Assembly (NCBI GenBank): GCA_002269645.1 | Contig: NIVC01000114.1 | Coordinates: forward strand, 868,001 to 932,000 | Direction: 5' to 3' | Origin: Macrostomum lignano | Taxonomy: Eukaryota | Length of the DNA stretch: 64,000 nucleotides | In this document: positions 58,981 to 64,000 of the stretch, one piece after another | Layout: every line of letters begins with the position of its first letter | Position numbering within the stretch: position 1 is the stretch's first letter | Position numbers and translations under genes: made by a program | The notes under the pieces: generated by a model | The model's input: only the letters and a program-made list of their open reading frames with translations | Told to the model about the DNA's origin: nothing | The model's database searches: none

Positions 58981-60872
58981 TCAGTCACTAGAAGCAGCAG
59001 CAGAAGCCTCACTGTCCCTCTGCAGCACTCTGACCACAGCATCGGCAAAGGCGGCATTGGAGAACTTGTCGGTCACGTGACGCCTACCAGCTCGACCCAT
59101 AGCGGTGCGCAGGCCCTCCTCATTAACCAGCCGACCCATTGCAGCCGAAAACTCAGCCTCGCCAGGCTCGCACAAGAAGCCAGTAGCTCCATGTAGTACA
59201 GTCTCCAATGGTCCGCCATTATTCACTGCCACCACGGGGCAGCCGAGATACTGAGCTTCAACTGGCACAATGCCAAAATGCTCACCAGATGGAGTATAGA
59301 TCAGAGCAGTGGCGATCTTTAGTAGGGCCGCTTTAGCAGGTGAGCTGCAACTGCGCAGAAAGGTGACCCGATTCGACACCTGCAGCTCCTCAGCCAGCTG
59401 ACGCAACGCTTCAAAGTGTTCCACATTCTCCAACAGTCTCGAATCGTAGCCACCAGCAATGACCAGATGAGCTGAAGCTGCAGAGCCTCGTCCTTGATCG
59501 TTCAACAATCGTGCAAAGGCTTTCAAAGCCAATCCGACATTCTTTTTACGTTCGTAACGGTTTAATGATAGGAACAGGCTCCGGCGAGCGGACGGCTCCG
59601 GCAGGCAGGCTTGAAGCTCTTCGTCACCAGACGGATCGGCAGCGGCGATGTCCAGCGAGGCGAAGTTGGGTACCGGGTAGACGATGTGCAGTTTGCGGCT
59701 GGCCAGGGCCGGGAAGGTGGATCTGACCACGCTGGCTGTAAACCGGCTGTTCACCATCAGTTCATCAGCCCGGCCGGTGGTCCAGGCTTCCAGGGCGTCC
59801 AGCGGGCGACGATACATACGTTTCAGACGACCGGAGCGTTGAGTAGAGAGCAGCAGGTCCGGGTAGTGGCAGTAGAACAGGGTTCGCCGGGAGAACCAGC
59901 GTAGCAGAGGCACCGGGGCTGAGACCTGTGGACCAATGGTGAATCGCGGAGAGGGTACTATGGGGAAGGAAAAGAGGGAAAAGACTGGATCTATAGGAGG
60001 CAAAGGGAGAAGATGCGAAAAGTATTAAAAAGACAGGGAACATGCGGAAAAGAGGGTAGTTTGGGAGGGAAAGAGCGGGATAGATAGTAGAGGGTGGAAA
60101 TGGGGAAGAGGGGAAGAGAAAATCGAAGGGGCAGAGAGACAGTAGAGAGGAAAGAGGGGGAAGAGGGGAAGAGGGGGAGAGAGGGTAGAGGGGGAAGAGT
60201 GGGAAGAGAGGGTAGAGGGAAAAGAGAGGGTAGAGGGGGCGAGAGGGTAGAGGGGGAAGAGGGGGAGAGAGGGTAGAGGGAAAGGGACGGAAGAGGGGGG
60301 AGAGGGAAAGAGGGTCAAGGGGTGGAAGAGAGGGTAAGGACAGACAGGGGGATCTCTATCTCTATCTATCTACAGAAATAAATAAAGTAGCCATAAGAGA
60401 CAAAATACACAATGAAAAAATTCCGAACCTGATCCACAATAACCGCCCGAGGAAAATTGGCTCCCCTCCAACTGATCAGCACGTACAGAGCTGCCCACAG
60501 CATACGCAGGCAGGCACACAGAGCGATGCACCTGCCCATGAGAGACCTCGGCAGCCAGGATGCGCTGACAAACACGTCCAGCTGGCCGTTACGCGTCTCC
60601 TCAAAGCAGTGCGACTTATCGTGATGCGCCGTGATGAAGGAGACTGGATAGCCGCGATCTTTCAATGCCAGAGCCATGTCCACCATCGCTCTCTCGGCGC
60701 CGCCTATCCCCAGATCCGGGTGCAGAAAGAGCACAGGGCCCGGGGCCGGCTGCTCCCGGCATTGGCTTCGATTGGGTTCGCTATTTGAATGCGACATCTC
60801 CTCGTCACTGCTGACGTCATCGCCGCTGCTGACGTCATCGTCACTAATTGGCGGATTCTTTGAGCCCGACAT
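58981..60872 (-). CDS. ALG2: Alpha-1,3/1,6-mannosyltransferase ALG2 (GT4), two exons 60872-60429 and 59925-58981
   Basis: FLHPDLGIGGAER, HCFEET, DQ|VSAPVP joined across a phase-0 GT-AG intron, FYCHYPDLLL, SLNRYERKKN, EHFGIVPVEA, GGPLETV. The intron is a GA-rich low-complexity tract. Confidence 0.95.
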
Positions 60873-60974
60873 GAAGAATAATTATATGAAATAGGTTAAG
60901 TAGATTATTTAGACAGCTGGTGATATAGTAAAGCGTTGAAGGTATGTGTGCCCTTTACAGTTAAGGGTGACTCT

Positions 60975-61697
60975 CATACAGCCTACAGACATTCTGTACA
61001 GTCAACAGTAGGACTCTATGTACAGTCTACAGTAAGGCTCTACAGTCTACAGTAGGACTATACAGCCTACAGTAAGACTCTATACAGCCTACAGTAAGAC
61101 TCTATACAGCCTACAGTAAGACTCTTTACAGTCTACAGTAAGACTCTTTACAGTCTACAGTAAGACTCTATACAGTGTACAGTAAAGACTCTATACAGTG
61201 TACAGTAAAGACTCTATACAGTCCACAGAAACTTTATACAGCCTACTGTAGGACTCTATACAGCCTACTGTAAGACTCTATACAGCCTACTGTAAGATTA
61301 TAGTCTACAGTAACTCTCTCTGTCTCTATACAGCCTGCTGTAAGATTATACAGTCTACAGTAACTCTCTCTATACAGCCTGCTGTAAGATTATACAGTCT
61401 ACAGTAACTCTCTCTATACAGCCTGCTGTAAGATTATACAGTCTACAGTAACTCTCTCTATACAGCCTACTGTAAGATTATACAGTCTACAGTAACTCTC
61501 TCTATACAGCCTGCTGTAAGATTATACAGTCTACAGTAACTCTCTCTATACAGCCTGCTGTAAGATTATACAGTCTACAGTAACTCTCTCTATACAGCCT
61601 ACTGTAAGATTATACAGTCTACAGTAACTCTCTCTATACAGCCTGCTGTAAGATTATACAGTCTACAGTAACTCTCTATAAAAGCCTACAGTAAGAC
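60975..61697. repeat. 22-bp minisatellite evolving into a 44-bp dimer unit
   Basis: tatacagcctacagtaagactc units grade into ctatacagcctgctgtaagattatacagtctacagtaactctct. Confidence 0.9.
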
Positions 61698-62283
61698 GAG
61701 TTATTTTATGAAAGTTTCTAAAAGTACATACATAGATAGTTATGATTTAAAACTATGACTGTCATATTATTTCACACGTAGCCATAAGACTTCGCGAAGG
61801 TACAACTCATCTTCTTTCTACGATTTTACTATTTCGTTTCTTAAATCTCTTTACTCAGCCAGCTTCACAAGAGAATAGCAAGTATACAAGAATACCTTAG
61901 ATGCATCGAATTTAACATCTTGGATTTTAACCCACTGTACAGATAATAAACACACTAGCTAAGAACAATTGTGTTAGAAAATTGCCTGAGACCAGAGGTA
62001 GACTAAAAAAATTAAACGAGTACAGTAAGCAGAAACAAGGATCTCTATTTTTAGACTGTTCATTTAATATTAGATCTACTCTTCTCTACAAATATAATTC
62101 TATAGCATTATTGAAAGTTGCCAAATGCACTGAATATTTTATTACAAATTTACTACTTGAGTCTCTGACAAAATGGAATGGAAGCTAGCGGAATTGATGC
62201 ATTGGATTACGCACTGACTAAGAAAACAGTGGTGACTTTCAACAGCTAACAAGGGACTTTTGTAAATAGAATTTTGGCCAGTG

Positions 62284-63265
62284 TCAACTCATGAAACCAG
62301 GATAAAATTTTCAGGCCCAAGGTTCTATAAACTAGCATGGAATTTTAAAGACTTTGAGGACTTGGACTTTTAAGTTTTTGAGCAAATCAATTAGTTTCTC
62401 AATTTCCCAATGCTTCAGAGCAAGGGTTCACCCCTACCTACCCACTAAAGGGCACCCAAAAATAAGTAAGCTTGATTCAATCAAGCATATATGCACAAAT
62501 TTCACTATAGACCAGTACCTTATTGCAACCAAGGGTCAAATAGTGTCATATTGTTCTTATAGTGCACAAGTATAAATTAAAAAGTGCACTAAACAGAAAT
62601 ATGCCTTTTCTTTATTTGCTCAATCAGTTGTTGAATTGTACTAGAGTATTGCCATTTTCAAAAACACTTTTAGCTGCAATAGGGAAGGCAAAACAGGTAT
62701 GTATTTAACCCAATAGGAAAAAGTTAAACTTTGGTAACTAGCTAATCTTTGTAGATTTCCATTTCTAATAAGGTTTTAGCCTAGTAGCTAATGTCAGACT
62801 AATGACCTGAGGGTCAAGGGTTTATTCTCAACTCATGAAACCAGGATAAAATTTTCAGGCTTAAGGTTCTATACCCTAGCATGGAATTTTAAGGCCTTTG
62901 AGGACTTGGACTTTTAAGTTTTTGAGCAAATCAAGTAGTTTCTCAATTTCCCAATGCTTCAGAGCAAGGGTTCACCCCTACCTACCCACTAAAGGGCACC
63001 CAAAAATAAGTAAGCTTGATTCAATCAAGCATATATGCACAAATTTCACTATAGACCAGTACCTTATTGCAACCAAGGGTCAAATAGTGTCATATTGTTC
63101 TTATAGTGCACAAGTATAAATTAAAAAGTGCACTAAACAGAAATATGCCTTTGGTAAAACTTTGGTAACTAGCTAATCTTTGTAGATTTCCATTTCTAAT
63201 AAGGTTTTAGCCTAGTAGCTAATGTCAGACTAATGACCTGAGGGTCAAGGGTTTATTCTCAACCC
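62284..63265. repeat. Local tandem duplication (~320-bp and ~100-bp blocks)
   Basis: tcaactcatgaaaccagg..aaatatgcctt at ~62284 and ~62828; ggtaactagctaatc..ttattctcaac at ~62730 and ~63165. Confidence 0.85.
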
Positions 63266-63470
63266 ACTTGGAACAATTTGTATCCTTGAGCAAGACATTT
63301 AACTCTGCATTGCTTTAGTTTGCCCAGCTGTACAATAAGTACTCAGCAGTAGCTGGGACTATTGAGGGTTGTCTGACAACCCCCCCCCCAGACTATCCCA
63401 GTCCTTAGACTAAACAGCCATTTGAAACTTTTATACATGCCATGAAATAGCTGCAACTAAGCTGTCAGTT
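63200..63470 (+). mobile_element. Diverged copy of the same SINE
   Basis: ttttagcctagtag..gtatccttgagcaagacatttaactctgcattgc..cccagctgtac is colinear with 54173-54425. Confidence 0.65.
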
Positions 63471-64000
63471 GCACATCTGGTACAATTCGAGCAGGTATAC
63501 TCAATGTTATTATTATTACTATTAGATAGTGCTTCATGGGTTAAAGGCATAGGTTAAACTTTTTACTTTTATATAGCAATATAGAATAACTGATCATGGT
63601 CATAAGCTAGGGGTATTTTCTTTAGCCAAAAAATAAATATATCAATAAACTTTAAAGCAACTACAAATCTATAAAATATATTTAGCTAAGTAATAAAGAA
63701 AAATATTAAAACATAAGGGAATTAGCAATAATGTGGTATGTATACTTTTATAGTAAGCTCAAATTAATGTTTCAAATAAAAATAAATGATATATAAAAAA
63801 GCTAGAATTTATATTTTTAATAAATCTATATTTGTATTTAACTTTTAACATCAATCAATGATGTATAAATTGTAGAAAAAATATCATATTATATAAAAAT
63901 AGTTATATTGCACTTCTTAAAATCATTAAGAATAGGGGCTAAATCTGAATATATAATGAAAAATCTGGCATACATAGTGTTGCATTGTTAAGTTTAATTA

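Noticed and set aside
60000-60350. GA-rich (also 54550-54860 CT-rich) tracts and their Pro/Ser- or Arg/Glu-rich ORFs
   Set aside because: Low-complexity intronic or intergenic sequence.

Overview
Eukaryotic, intron-containing animal DNA with GC-rich exons, AT-rich short introns and many minisatellites. The style resembles a free-living flatworm such as Macrostomum, but the species cannot be determined from the sequence. About 54 kb is a head-to-tail array of five minus-strand genes for Crumbs-like type I membrane proteins (signal peptide, EGF repeats, laminin-G, TM): copy 1 <1-6078, copy 2 9995-17529, copy 3 18662-33915, copy 4 34666-46473, copy 5 47199-53655. The copies are mosaics of shared exon modules. 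Copies 2-5 end in two kinds of long, Tyr-motif-rich cytoplasmic tail rather than the canonical Crumbs tail; copy 1's tail lies outside the window. Beyond the array are KDSR (intronless CDS) and ALG2 (two exons). Mobile DNA comprises a very young Mag-like Ty3/Gypsy element (23305-27825), a decayed relative, a 5'-truncated non-LTR element, a 2.25-kb TG..CA insertion, tRNA-headed SINEs and MITEs. The most striking detail is in the young Gypsy: its primer-binding site is an 81-nt complement of almost the whole mature tRNA-Ser(GCU) including CCA, and its deviations from the canonical tRNA fall at positions 26, 32 and 58, sites of RT-perturbing methylations. All exon models were built by hand from GT-AG sites and phase compatibility and have no transcript support.
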